Positions 1 to 7,107 of a stretch of 25,346 bases of DNA are shown here, piece after piece. The stretch spans positions 1 through 25,346 of IMG/VR virus record IMGVR_UViG_3300005934_000018; one strand, written 5' to 3'. A model generated the notes under the pieces. It saw nothing but the letters and a program-made list of their open reading frames with translations. It made no database searches and was not told where the DNA came from. Position 1 is the stretch's first letter, and each line of letters begins with the position of its first letter. The position numbers and the translations under genes were made by a program. This DNA is from a virus (taxonomy: Duplodnaviria > Caudoviricetes).

Positions 1-210
1 TAGATATGTACGCATCCACCATACTGCTTTGTTCCAGTTCCTATGCAACCATACTGCGGTAACAAGTTTACCAATCTCTAATGATACACCCATTACAATA
101 ATAGGTATAACAGCCGCGGCGAATATAGCCGCTAAACCAGCAACACTATAATAAATTGCTACACCCGAAATAGTGATAGCAGTCAAAAATGTAATTAATC
201 CAAAAAACAT
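1..210 (-). CDS. Multi-pass membrane protein, N-terminal part (runs off the left edge; not in the ORF track)
   Basis: ATG at 210-208 with AGGA RBS (220-217) and TAAATA (233-228). Open to base 1: MFFGLITFLTAITISGVAIYYSVAGLAAIFAAAVIPIIVMGVSLEIGKLVTAVWLHRNWNKAVWWMRTYL, with at least two hydrophobic helices. Confidence 0.8.
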   Translation of the reverse strand, partial: MFFGLITFLTAITISGVAIYYSVAGLAAIFAAAVIPIIVMGVSLEIGKLVTAVWLHRNWNKAVWWMRTYL

Positions 211-264
211 ACTATTTCCTAACATAATATTTACCTTGGTTTGTTTCTAATAAAAAATACTACT

Positions 265-708
265 TTATCTAACAAACCGCCACCTATTATCTGGACCATT
301 ACGACAGGCGGTTTCTTTAAAGTCTCTTGTTTTATCTTTGTAATTAATTTGCGATAAAACTACTCTACAATACCCACCACCTTGCGGATATGTCATTGCT
401 ATCATAACTTTACCATGACTATTGTTATCGTTGCCAAACCATTCGACAACATCACCCTCTGTACTGTTATTTAATGCAAAGAAAACTGCTTGTTCTTGTT
501 TTAACTGATCTTCGTTTGGAAGTTTGTGCATTTTCCAACTAAAGAAATTTGCAACAAGATTTACATAACTGTTGGTAGGTTGATAAGAGTTGTTAGCACT
601 ACTGCCTACACTACTGCTTATATATGTTTCCTTATTTGATGCACAGCCTCCTAAAAGACTAATGCATAAACTTAGGATTAACAATCTCCCAACCACCGTG
701 CTCTCCAT
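265..708 (-). CDS. Lipoprotein, 17-kDa surface-antigen (RT0821/Lpp0805)-like
   Basis: Lipobox LLGG-C. C-terminal W..G....G.V....TYP..GYCR...TACR....W pattern typical of the 17-kDa antigen-like domain. Confidence 0.7.
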   Translation of the reverse strand: MESTVVGRLLILSLCISLLGGCASNKETYISSSVGSSANNSYQPTNSYVNLVANFFSWKMHKLPNEDQLKQEQAVFFALNNSTEGDVVEWFGNDNNSHGKVMIAMTYPQGGGYCRVVLSQINYKDKTRDFKETACRNGPDNRWRFVR

Positions 709-1012
709 TTATATCAAGTTTCCTACAGATATAACCTTTCTTATATCGTAGTTGACCATTAATATGTACATTATACCAATACTCTCTACAAGTATCTGCA
801 ATACCGCTCTTAACAATCATACTGTTATTCAGATCAAGCCTATCGGAACAAGTTAATACAGTTTCACTACTAACCTGTTCGTTATCTTTGTTTACGATTT
901 TTTGATCTGTGTAACAATACTGAGATTGATCTGCTAATTGTGCCTTCGGAACCGTAGAACTACAAGCACCTAAAAACACAACACTTAGAGCAAGTAACAC
1001 AAGAGACCTCAT
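659..1012 (-). CDS. Putative lipoprotein of unknown function
   Basis: Basic N-terminus, hydrophobic core, lipobox FLGA-C, four further Cys. Confidence 0.7.
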   Translation of the reverse strand: MRSLVLLALSVVFLGACSSTVPKAQLADQSQYCYTDQKIVNKDNEQVSSETVLTCSDRLDLNNSMIVKSGIADTCREYWYNVHINGQLRYKKGYICRKLDINGEHGGWEIVNPKFMH

Positions 1013-1013
1013 G

Positions 1014-1505
1014 TTACTGCTCCTGATTCTGTGTCTTAGCCTCGTTGATCAATGCATCAAATACTTCTTTAGGCATTTTTAACCTAACGAATGTATAGTG
1101 TTTGCCACCCATTGTAAAGTGACCACTTTCTTTGTTTAGATGCTCTCTGATTACAGTATTATCAACTACATATGATATTTTAGTATATGTGTCTTTTACA
1201 TCATTATTAAATGTAATTTTAGTTTCACTGTTGACTTTACTGTTAATACGTTTCGCAAAGTTATTCATTGCGATTGCATACATCTGCTCTTCAGCCGCCT
1301 GTGCGTAAATACTCTCGCCGGCACCACAAGCATATGCATAGTCTTTTGTCCACCAGAACCAACCTTCGGTTCCAGCATCTTTACACTTAGCATACCATTT
1401 AGGTTGTGCATAAGTTTCTCTTTCAGCAACAGTAGTCATTGAACTACAAGCACCTAATAGTGCCAACAATGAACCTACAGTTACAAGTTTTAGTACGCCT
1501 TTCAT
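1014..1505 (-). CDS. Putative lipoprotein (LPP20-like); start probably ATG 1505 rather than 1532
   Basis: AGGAGG at 1520-1515 precedes ATG 1505. MKGVLKLVTVGSLLALLGA-C lipobox and P.W..../G.G.S...A...A...A pattern resembling LPP20. Confidence 0.65.
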   Translation of the reverse strand: MKGVLKLVTVGSLLALLGACSSMTTVAERETYAQPKWYAKCKDAGTEGWFWWTKDYAYACGAGESIYAQAAEEQMYAIAMNNFAKRINSKVNSETKITFNNDVKDTYTKISYVVDNTVIREHLNKESGHFTMGGKHYTFVRLKMPKEVFDALINEAKTQNQEQ

Positions 1506-1541
1506 AGTGTTTAGCCTCCTTAGCCTATTCATTACAAAAAC

Positions 1542-1570
1542 AGTATATACAAAAATTGATCATAAGTCAA
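1542..1570 (-). promoter_or_regulatory. Sigma70-like promoter upstream of the lipoprotein trio
   Basis: TTGACT (1570-1565) N17 TATACT (1547-1542). Confidence 0.75.
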
Positions 1571-1573
1571 GAA

Positions 1574-2266
1574 CTATTTTGCCAATTTCTCTTCTAAAAT
1601 TGATTTGATTATTTTGTTCTTTCTCTTAACCAATTCTGTATAGTCTGGATTAGTACTCCATTTGTTTAATAAATCAATTTGTTTGTTTAAATCAATTACA
1701 CCAGATTCAAGTTGCTCTGCTCTTTCAACCCTAAAGTCTTCATAAGCAGAATGTCTATTAATAATGTCTACCATATCTTGGACACTATCACATTTGGTTT
1801 TATATTTTTTTACACCAAATTCTGCATCAGGATTTTCTAAAGGTTTAAGTTGTGGAACTTTTGGATCCCAGGTTCTAATACCAAATAAGTTATTTGCTTC
1901 GTGAGCAAATCTACTTTTACCGTAACCTGTTTCCAATACAGCCATTGATATGATAATGTACTTGTGAACTCTGTCCGAATGTGGTCTATGTAAATTTAAG
2001 TAGTCTATACATCTGCCAACTGCTTGTATAAATTCAAGATCGTTTGTGTATTCAATACTTGGTTGTAGGAATCCAAATGAATCCCAATCTTTAACCATTT
2101 TATCTTCGGCGGCTTTTGTTATTGTACCCACAGTCCATTTATTAGGATGAAACGTTCCTGTTCCAAAAGTAATTGCTGATACTGTTGTTACCAATAAAAA
2201 TACTTTTAAATAAAGTCTTGTTGTTTTAGGAATATACAACCAACCTTTCTTAATTAATCTTAGCAT
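1574..2266 (-). CDS. GH73 glucosaminidase/muramidase (FlgJ/Bax-like) with N-terminal transmembrane anchor
   Basis: AVLETGYGKS (catalytic Glu), NNLFGIR and WSTNPDY motifs. Hydrophobic segment LYLKVFLLVTTVSAITFG. Confidence 0.85.
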   Translation of the reverse strand: MLRLIKKGWLYIPKTTRLYLKVFLLVTTVSAITFGTGTFHPNKWTVGTITKAAEDKMVKDWDSFGFLQPSIEYTNDLEFIQAVGRCIDYLNLHRPHSDRVHKYIIISMAVLETGYGKSRFAHEANNLFGIRTWDPKVPQLKPLENPDAEFGVKKYKTKCDSVQDMVDIINRHSAYEDFRVERAEQLESGVIDLNKQIDLLNKWSTNPDYTELVKRKNKIIKSILEEKLAK

Positions 2267-2728
2267 TTAGTTCCTTCGCATTGTTGCTATTTCTGTTGCC
2301 TGTTTCTTGCCTGTTATATCGTCGTCATCTGCAAAGATAGGAACCATATTACTTTTGTGCATTGTAGCAATACCTACAAGTCTACGTTCACCTGTGTACT
2401 GCATAGGTTCTTTCTTAGTCGCTGGAGAAAAACTTGCAGTTGATGTAAGACTTGGAATGTGTGGTGTTTCTCTAACTACTGGTGGACCACTATAATGCCA
2501 TGGTGTTGACATAACTGTTTCAGTTTTACGTTTAGGTTTGTACTGTCCGTGAACGTAATCTATGTATTGATCAATAGTCATAATATGATCTTTCATACCA
2601 AGACGTTTCATTTGTTTATTATGCAAACGCAAGTCTTCTGTCCAACGAGCCAATTTGGCTTGTGTAACTTTACGTTTACGCTTTTTGGTATTGATAGTTG
2701 TCATACCTCTTACCAAATGCATTGTCAT
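2267..2728 (-). CDS. Phage hypothetical protein (GIATMHKSNMVP motif)
   Basis: Full ORF with AGGTG RBS and its own upstream promoter. The C-terminal motif resembles one I recall from T4-like marine phage hypotheticals. Confidence 0.7.
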   Translation of the reverse strand: MTMHLVRGMTTINTKKRKRKVTQAKLARWTEDLRLHNKQMKRLGMKDHIMTIDQYIDYVHGQYKPKRKTETVMSTPWHYSGPPVVRETPHIPSLTSTASFSPATKKEPMQYTGERRLVGIATMHKSNMVPIFADDDDITGKKQATEIATMRRN

Positions 2729-2760
2729 AATATCACCTATCTGTTAAGTTGTTAATTATA

Positions 2761-2789
2761 ACTTTACTATCTTTAGGGGTAAATGTCAA
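2761..2789 (-). promoter_or_regulatory. Sigma70-like promoter
   Basis: TTGACA (2789-2784) N17 TAAAGT (2766-2761). Confidence 0.65.
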
Positions 2790-2792
2790 CCT

Positions 2793-3350
2793 TTATCGGT
2801 TGATAAAATAAAATTGGTTAACGCTGTATCTGCCATGTCCTTGGACTTTTTGAACCTCGTGTTGCTCAAAACTTGGAAAAAGGACAATCGTGTTGTTTTC
2901 CATATATGGTGAATAGTCATATTCTGTGAAGTATAACTTACCACCGGAAAATGTTTTTGGTGATTCCCAAAATGTTGTTACTGCACTAATGACAGCATGA
3001 TCGGCATGATGTAAGTATTCGCTACCATCTGGATAGTAGTTTACTTGAGTTAAATCTTCGTTCACCATATCTAAATAAGTCATAAACTTATTTTCTTTAA
3101 GTTTATCTGTAATATTAAAAATTTGTCTATTAAAATTTAATATATGACTTTGTGTTCTATCTGATTGATAATGCCAGTCAAGACTTAGTCCGACCATATT
3201 ATTACTTCTTGGATCCCCTGTTTCAGTTTTATCTTTCATATGAGTACGAAGGGATTGTAGTTCTTGTAATATGAGACTTGCTTCTCGAGGACTATAATAG
3301 TCGTAAATTATAGTATGTGGGAAAGGACTGTTAAGATTATGAATTCTCAT
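2793..3350 (-). CDS. 2OG-Fe(II) oxygenase (prolyl-4-hydroxylase-like)
   Basis: H-A-D iron motif, FSGGKL, FPS...HEV, RYS 2OG-binding motif. Confidence 0.85.
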   Translation of the reverse strand: MRIHNLNSPFPHTIIYDYYSPREASLILQELQSLRTHMKDKTETGDPRSNNMVGLSLDWHYQSDRTQSHILNFNRQIFNITDKLKENKFMTYLDMVNEDLTQVNYYPDGSEYLHHADHAVISAVTTFWESPKTFSGGKLYFTEYDYSPYMENNTIVLFPSFEQHEVQKVQGHGRYSVNQFYFINR

Positions 3351-3546
3351 TCCATACTCTCTTTTCTTCTAAAGCGTACCGAGCACCTTCAATATAATCT
3401 TTATCTTCTTCAGACAGTACACTCCAAAATTTGGAAATACTCGAGATATGATCGGAAACTTCATCTGCTTTTGTTAAGTGATGATTTGAGTCCATCATAT
3501 GCTCGAGTTTATCCATTCTTAATTTAATCTTATTTTTAATGCTCAT
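3337..3546 (-). CDS. Hypothetical protein, probably leaderless
   Basis: 69-aa ORF coupled to the downstream oxygenase. Its ATG lies about 7 nt after a -10 box. Confidence 0.65.
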   Translation of the reverse strand: MSIKNKIKLRMDKLEHMMDSNHHLTKADEVSDHISSISKFWSVLSEEDKDYIEGARYALEEKRVWNENS

Positions 3547-3552
3547 ACTTGT

Positions 3553-3581
3553 ATAATACTACAAGTTGCATTAAAAGTCAA
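3553..3581 (-). promoter_or_regulatory. Sigma70-like promoter
   Basis: TTGACT (3581-3576) N17 TATTAT (3558-3553). Confidence 0.7.
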
Positions 3582-3583
3582 GA

Positions 3584-4642
3584 CTAAAATTTATATCTAA
3601 TGCTACCTAAGATCTGCTGTCCGTGATCTGTTTGAGCACCAGTATATACATTAGTTTGTTCTTTATCATGTAAGTACAAACCAATTTCTAAACCATCCTG
3701 TTTGTCAGGTCGTTTAGATGGATCATAATTTGTTACGATATTGTGAACAATACCATAATAATTTCCGTCATATCCTAAATCATCGTTTTCGGTTCTATGT
3801 GCTGTAACGTATGTTGATTTAGTTACATTATACATTACACCATAGTCTAAACGATCATCTTTTGTATAAGTTCCTGTGTTCTTATCATCCCATAGTTCAA
3901 CACCCCAAAGCATTGGAACGCCAAATCTGTGTAATGATCCTCCTACAGAATAACCTTCTTGGTCACCTTTAGTTGTTTCTTCAGGTCCTGTGATACGCAT
4001 ATATGACACTTCTGCAAATCCAATATCAACTGTTGCTGTACCATAAAATACATTGCCGTCATTATCATAACCTAATGATACACCCCATGGTGTTTCTTTC
4101 TTTAGTCTATGAGAGTCAAAATCAAATTCGTTATCAAACTGCCAACCACCAAATGCTAACACAGTTTTTTCTCTGTGATCAATTCTGTAGTTTGTTTCTG
4201 TATAAATTAGTGGAACAGAAATCTTAGGAGTTTTTGCAAAACCCATTCTCTGTGCATCAGTTTCACCAATGTACCATCTTGCATAGTCATTACCAAATCC
4301 AAGTTGTTTTTCTTGTACAGTATTGTTTAATGATGTATCTAATGAATAGTGTGTATCATAAGTCATTGATGCACCTACCCAATCAACTGATAGAGTTTCA
4401 GGAATCTCAGTTGAAATACCTACTTGTAATTCGCCTCTCGAATCCCATCCTGAATCGTAAGTTTTATCGTTGTAATAACCTTCTACTTCACCATTAATAA
4501 AAAGTCCATTTGGTAAATTAGGAATATTATTTTCTAAAGCCTCTACTCTACTTTCAAGACTTTTGTCGGCTCCTGATTCGCCAGCAAGTGATACTGTCGC
4601 AAAACCAAAAAACAAAGCCAACATAAATGTTAGTTTTTTCAT
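3584..4642 (-). CDS. Outer-membrane porin-like beta-barrel protein
   Basis: Sec signal peptide (..VSLA-G), short coiled coil LESRVEALE, alternating aromatic/Gly beta strands, C-terminal BAM-type signal GSIRYKF. Confidence 0.8.
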   Translation of the reverse strand: MKKLTFMLALFFGFATVSLAGESGADKSLESRVEALENNIPNLPNGLFINGEVEGYYNDKTYDSGWDSRGELQVGISTEIPETLSVDWVGASMTYDTHYSLDTSLNNTVQEKQLGFGNDYARWYIGETDAQRMGFAKTPKISVPLIYTETNYRIDHREKTVLAFGGWQFDNEFDFDSHRLKKETPWGVSLGYDNDGNVFYGTATVDIGFAEVSYMRITGPEETTKGDQEGYSVGGSLHRFGVPMLWGVELWDDKNTGTYTKDDRLDYGVMYNVTKSTYVTAHRTENDDLGYDGNYYGIVHNIVTNYDPSKRPDKQDGLEIGLYLHDKEQTNVYTGAQTDHGQQILGSIRYKF

Positions 4643-4671
4643 TATTATATTTTTCCTTATTTTATTCGAAT

Positions 4672-4696
4672 AAAAAAGACACGGTCATCGTGTCTT
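4672..4696 (-). terminator. Rho-independent terminator after the tmRNA/tRNA unit
   Basis: AAGACACG-ATGAC-CGTGTCTT followed by a T-run on the minus strand. Confidence 0.7.
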
Positions 4697-4738
4697 CTTT
4701 ATTAGTTATATTGCACTCTTAGAGTGCAGTTTTAAAAG

Positions 4739-4812
4739 TGGCACCGGAACAAGGAATTGAACCTCAGTCTGCGGTTTTGGAGACCGTCGTGTTACCACTA
4801 CACCATTCCGGC
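4739..4812 (-). tRNA. trnW: tRNA-Trp (CCA anticodon), encoded CCA end
   Basis: GCCGGAATGGTGTAGTGGTAACACGACGGTCTCCAAAACCGCAGACTGAGGTTCAATTCCTTGTTCCGGTGCCA folds as a cloverleaf with anticodon loop CT-CCA-AA, T-loop TTCAATT and G73. Confidence 0.95.
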
Positions 4813-4857
4813 ATAAAACTGCATTTGATTGTCCTTCTCTAATGATATTGCAACTAA

Positions 4858-5121
4858 GAGCAACTTTTCTGTTGCCAGGTAAGTTGCCAACCCCGTCAGT
4901 TTAGTTTACACTAAGCCGCAAGTGCAAAGTTTTCGTTTGCGTTTGTTGTTTTGCTTGATTTACGGTCATCGCCTACCGGTAACTCCACAATGCCTATTTC
5001 GCCAGTCGATCCTACATCACCCCCTCAAAGCACACTCTTAGAGTGTGTTTTAAGTGATTGGTGGAGGTGCCGGGAATCGCACCCGGGTCCTGCTCGTCGT
5101 CGCCACGCTTCAACGTTACCC
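4858..5121 (-). ncRNA. ssrA: Circularly permuted two-piece tmRNA (acceptor piece ~5121-5059, intervening 5058-5025, coding piece 5024-~4858; tag ANENFALAA)
   Basis: The acceptor piece ends GACCCGGGTGCGATTCCCGGCACCTCCACCA. The coding piece starts GGGGGTG and pairs with CACCTCC, giving G3.U70. Tag frame GCA AAC GAA AAC TTT GCA CTT GCG GCT TAG at 4940-4911. GGTAAC/GTTACC inter-piece helix. Outer ends are approximate. Confidence 0.92.
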
Positions 5122-5123
5122 TT

Positions 5124-5131
5124 TATTTATA
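5124..5131 (-). promoter_or_regulatory. T4-type late promoter in front of the tmRNA
   Basis: Exact TATAAATA a few nt upstream of the acceptor piece. Confidence 0.7.
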
Positions 5132-5137
5132 ACACCT

Positions 5138-5437
5138 TTATACGGTGATGTCAACTTCTTTTTTAGTTTTTTCTTTGGATTTTGGTTGCCTAATTGGTTC
5201 GAGCCAACTATCAGCAATGTAGGCTTGTGGACTTGGGCCAAGCAGTGTATTAATATCATCTGCTTCTATCCACCAAAAATGATCAGTAACTGCACACTGG
5301 CAAGGCATTCCTCTAAACTGAAATTGTTCTCCAGCATTAAATTTACCAATATACTCTTTAACCTTAACTATCCTACCTATGTTTTCAGGACGAATAGAAA
5401 AGACTATATGAGCAAGGTCACCTTGTTCACACTTCAT
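5138..5437 (-). CDS. Hypothetical protein (possible SH3/KOW-like beta fold)
   Basis: 99-aa ORF, GDLAHI...NIGRIVKV...DSWLEPI pattern, TAAGTA 5 nt before the ATG. Confidence 0.7.
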   Translation of the reverse strand: MKCEQGDLAHIVFSIRPENIGRIVKVKEYIGKFNAGEQFQFRGMPCQCAVTDHFWWIEADDINTLLGPSPQAYIADSWLEPIRQPKSKEKTKKEVDITV

Positions 5438-5457
5438 ATTGATACTTATTGATTGAT

Positions 5458-5670
5458 TTATTTCTTGTGAATGTTTCCGGCTACTTTTTTGCCTCGAAAA
5501 TCAAGTTCGTCATATGTTAGTTCCATACCTTCCATAATATGATCTTCTTGAATCCCTGCTTTTTTAAGTTCCGATATATGTACAAAGATGTCGGCAGAAC
5601 CCTCTGAGTCAGGAGTAATAAATCCAAACCCTTTTACAGGATTATACCATTTTAATTTTCCATTATGCAT
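5458..5670 (-). CDS. cspA: Cold-shock domain protein
   Basis: GKLKWYNPVKGFGFITP (RNP1) and DIFVHIS (RNP2). Confidence 0.95.
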   Translation of the reverse strand: MHNGKLKWYNPVKGFGFITPDSEGSADIFVHISELKKAGIQEDHIMEGMELTYDELDFRGKKVAGNIHKK

Positions 5671-5728
5671 ATTGTGATGTTTACCCTCTATACAACTATT
5701 TATTAGTTTTTGGGTTATTTAGCAAGAG

Positions 5729-5755
5729 AACAGCACAGAATTAAACTGTGCTGTT
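5729..5755 (-). terminator. Hairpin / likely terminator after the Hc1-like gene
   Basis: Perfect 10-bp stem AACAGCACAG/CTGTGCTGTT with a 7-nt loop; weak U-tail. Confidence 0.6.
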
Positions 5756-5772
5756 ATCCTTACTTCTTGAGA

Positions 5773-5952
5773 TTATAGAGAGTTTTTCTTCTCTTGGATT
5801 TCCGCTCTTCTTTGTTTTGCAAGTTTGCCAATATTACCTAAGGCTTTTCTTGCTCTTGCCGCGGCCGCTTTCACATTCTTTGTATCAAATGCTTCTGCTT
5901 CTTTCAAGTAACTTTCATATTCAGCAATAATTTGCTCATGAATTGTAGACAT
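5773..5952 (-). CDS. Histone H1-like Hc1-family small protein (start ATG 5952)
   Basis: AGGAG RBS (5963-5959). 59 aa with KNVKAAAARARKAL..IGKLAKQRR, matching the Hc1 core (NKAA..RARK...L.K..K..R). Confidence 0.7.
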   Translation of the reverse strand: MSTIHEQIIAEYESYLKEAEAFDTKNVKAAAARARKALGNIGKLAKQRRAEIQEKKNSL

Positions 5953-6550
5953 ATCGTTCTCCTGTAATGTGTTTATAAACAGTGCTCCAGAATTTAGCAG
6001 TTGGGATGTCATGAACATAATCATTTTTGTTATAATCATGTTCAATAATAATTGGTTTCAAACCTAAGTCTTTTCCGACTTTAGCGTTTTCAACTTTATC
6101 CTCTACCCACCAGGCCCCTGAACCTTCATACTTTGCAAGTGCTTCACGTTTATCTGCACCTGTTGGTAAAAAGGTTATATCGGATATAGTGCCTTCTCCA
6201 AAGACATCTGCAAGATTCATTTTGCGGAGTGCTTGTGCTGGCTTATCCTTATGCATAGATGTAATAGCCTTAAACTCATAGCCTTTTTGTTTAAGATCTT
6301 TTACTACCTGCACCGAATCTCTGAAAGGATCTAAGAAGCACATCCATGCAGAACGATTAAAATATTCTATCATGAATCTTCCCTTCTCCTCATCGATTGG
6401 TTTTTTGTCAAGTGTTTCCATCCATTCCCATACATTGTATTTGGTCGTGTCTTTTTCAACAATACCTTCAATTGCCATAAACTGTAAAAATCCATTTTTC
6501 CAGTCTAAGAGAACGCCGTCAACATCAACTAAAATTAATTTGTTACTCAT
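5936..6550 (-). CDS. HAD-family 5'(3')-deoxyribonucleotidase-like phosphatase
   Basis: ILVDVDGVL motif I, ITS motif II, K, and VEDK motif IV. Located in the nrd operon. Confidence 0.85.
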   Translation of the reverse strand: MSNKLILVDVDGVLLDWKNGFLQFMAIEGIVEKDTTKYNVWEWMETLDKKPIDEEKGRFMIEYFNRSAWMCFLDPFRDSVQVVKDLKQKGYEFKAITSMHKDKPAQALRKMNLADVFGEGTISDITFLPTGADKREALAKYEGSGAWWVEDKVENAKVGKDLGLKPIIIEHDYNKNDYVHDIPTAKFWSTVYKHITGERYVYNS

Positions 6551-6837
6551 AGTGTTTTGATTCCTGTCGTTGCTTCAATATACTTTTTTGCATGGTCTTT
6601 TAAAGTGTGTGTAATAACTACAACACTTCTTTTTGGGATAGAAAGATTTTGTAACGGATCACCGGTCATTAACCATTGTCCTAATACTATACCATTTGGT
6701 CCTTGCATTAATGTTAATGGTTTGTGAACTATCCAACTGTCGTCTTTTTCTTCTTCAACACGAGTTACAATTTCCTCACCTGAAGTAAGTTTAATTGAGA
6801 CGGTGTCTCCTTTTTTATAAGGTGTTTCGACTAACAT
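6547..6837 (-). CDS. Small beta-rich phage protein (Sm-like fold candidate)
   Basis: IKLTSGEEIV motif; ATGA-coupled to the HAD gene. Confidence 0.65.
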   Translation of the reverse strand: MLVETPYKKGDTVSIKLTSGEEIVTRVEEEKDDSWIVHKPLTLMQGPNGIVLGQWLMTGDPLQNLSIPKRSVVVITHTLKDHAKKYIEATTGIKTL

Positions 6838-7107
6838 TTATATTGTATGTCCTGTTCCGTTAAATCCTGTATCTTCAATGTACTTAACAAGTTCATTATA
6901 TCCTCCAATGTACTTACCGTTAAGTATGATTTGCGGTACAGATCTTGGCGCTGGTAGTCCGTTTGCTTCAAATTCTTCTGTTAATTGTTGTACAGAAATG
7001 TCTGTACCAACTTGAATTGATTCATATTTGACATCCAAATTATTTAATATGTGTTTTGCTTTATCACAAAATGAACACATTGGTTTTGAATATACTACTG
7101 TTCTCAT
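6838..7107 (-). CDS. Glutaredoxin
   Basis: CSFC active site, SVPQI, YIGGY; directly after nrdB. Confidence 0.92.
   Translation of the reverse strand: MRTVVYSKPMCSFCDKAKHILNNLDVKYESIQVGTDISVQQLTEEFEANGLPAPRSVPQIILNGKYIGGYNELVKYIEDTGFNGTGHTI

Noticed and set aside
4739-4812. Suppressor tRNA or stop-codon recoding
   Set aside because: The anticodon is standard CCA, and conserved genes end normally at TAA, TAG and TGA.
4951-5452. ORFs 4951-5148 and 5054-5452 (+)
   Set aside because: They are antisense to the tmRNA and the 99-aa gene.
5953-6045. N-terminal extension of the 90-aa ORF
   Set aside because: It overlaps the HAD gene, and an AGGAG RBS supports the start at 5952.
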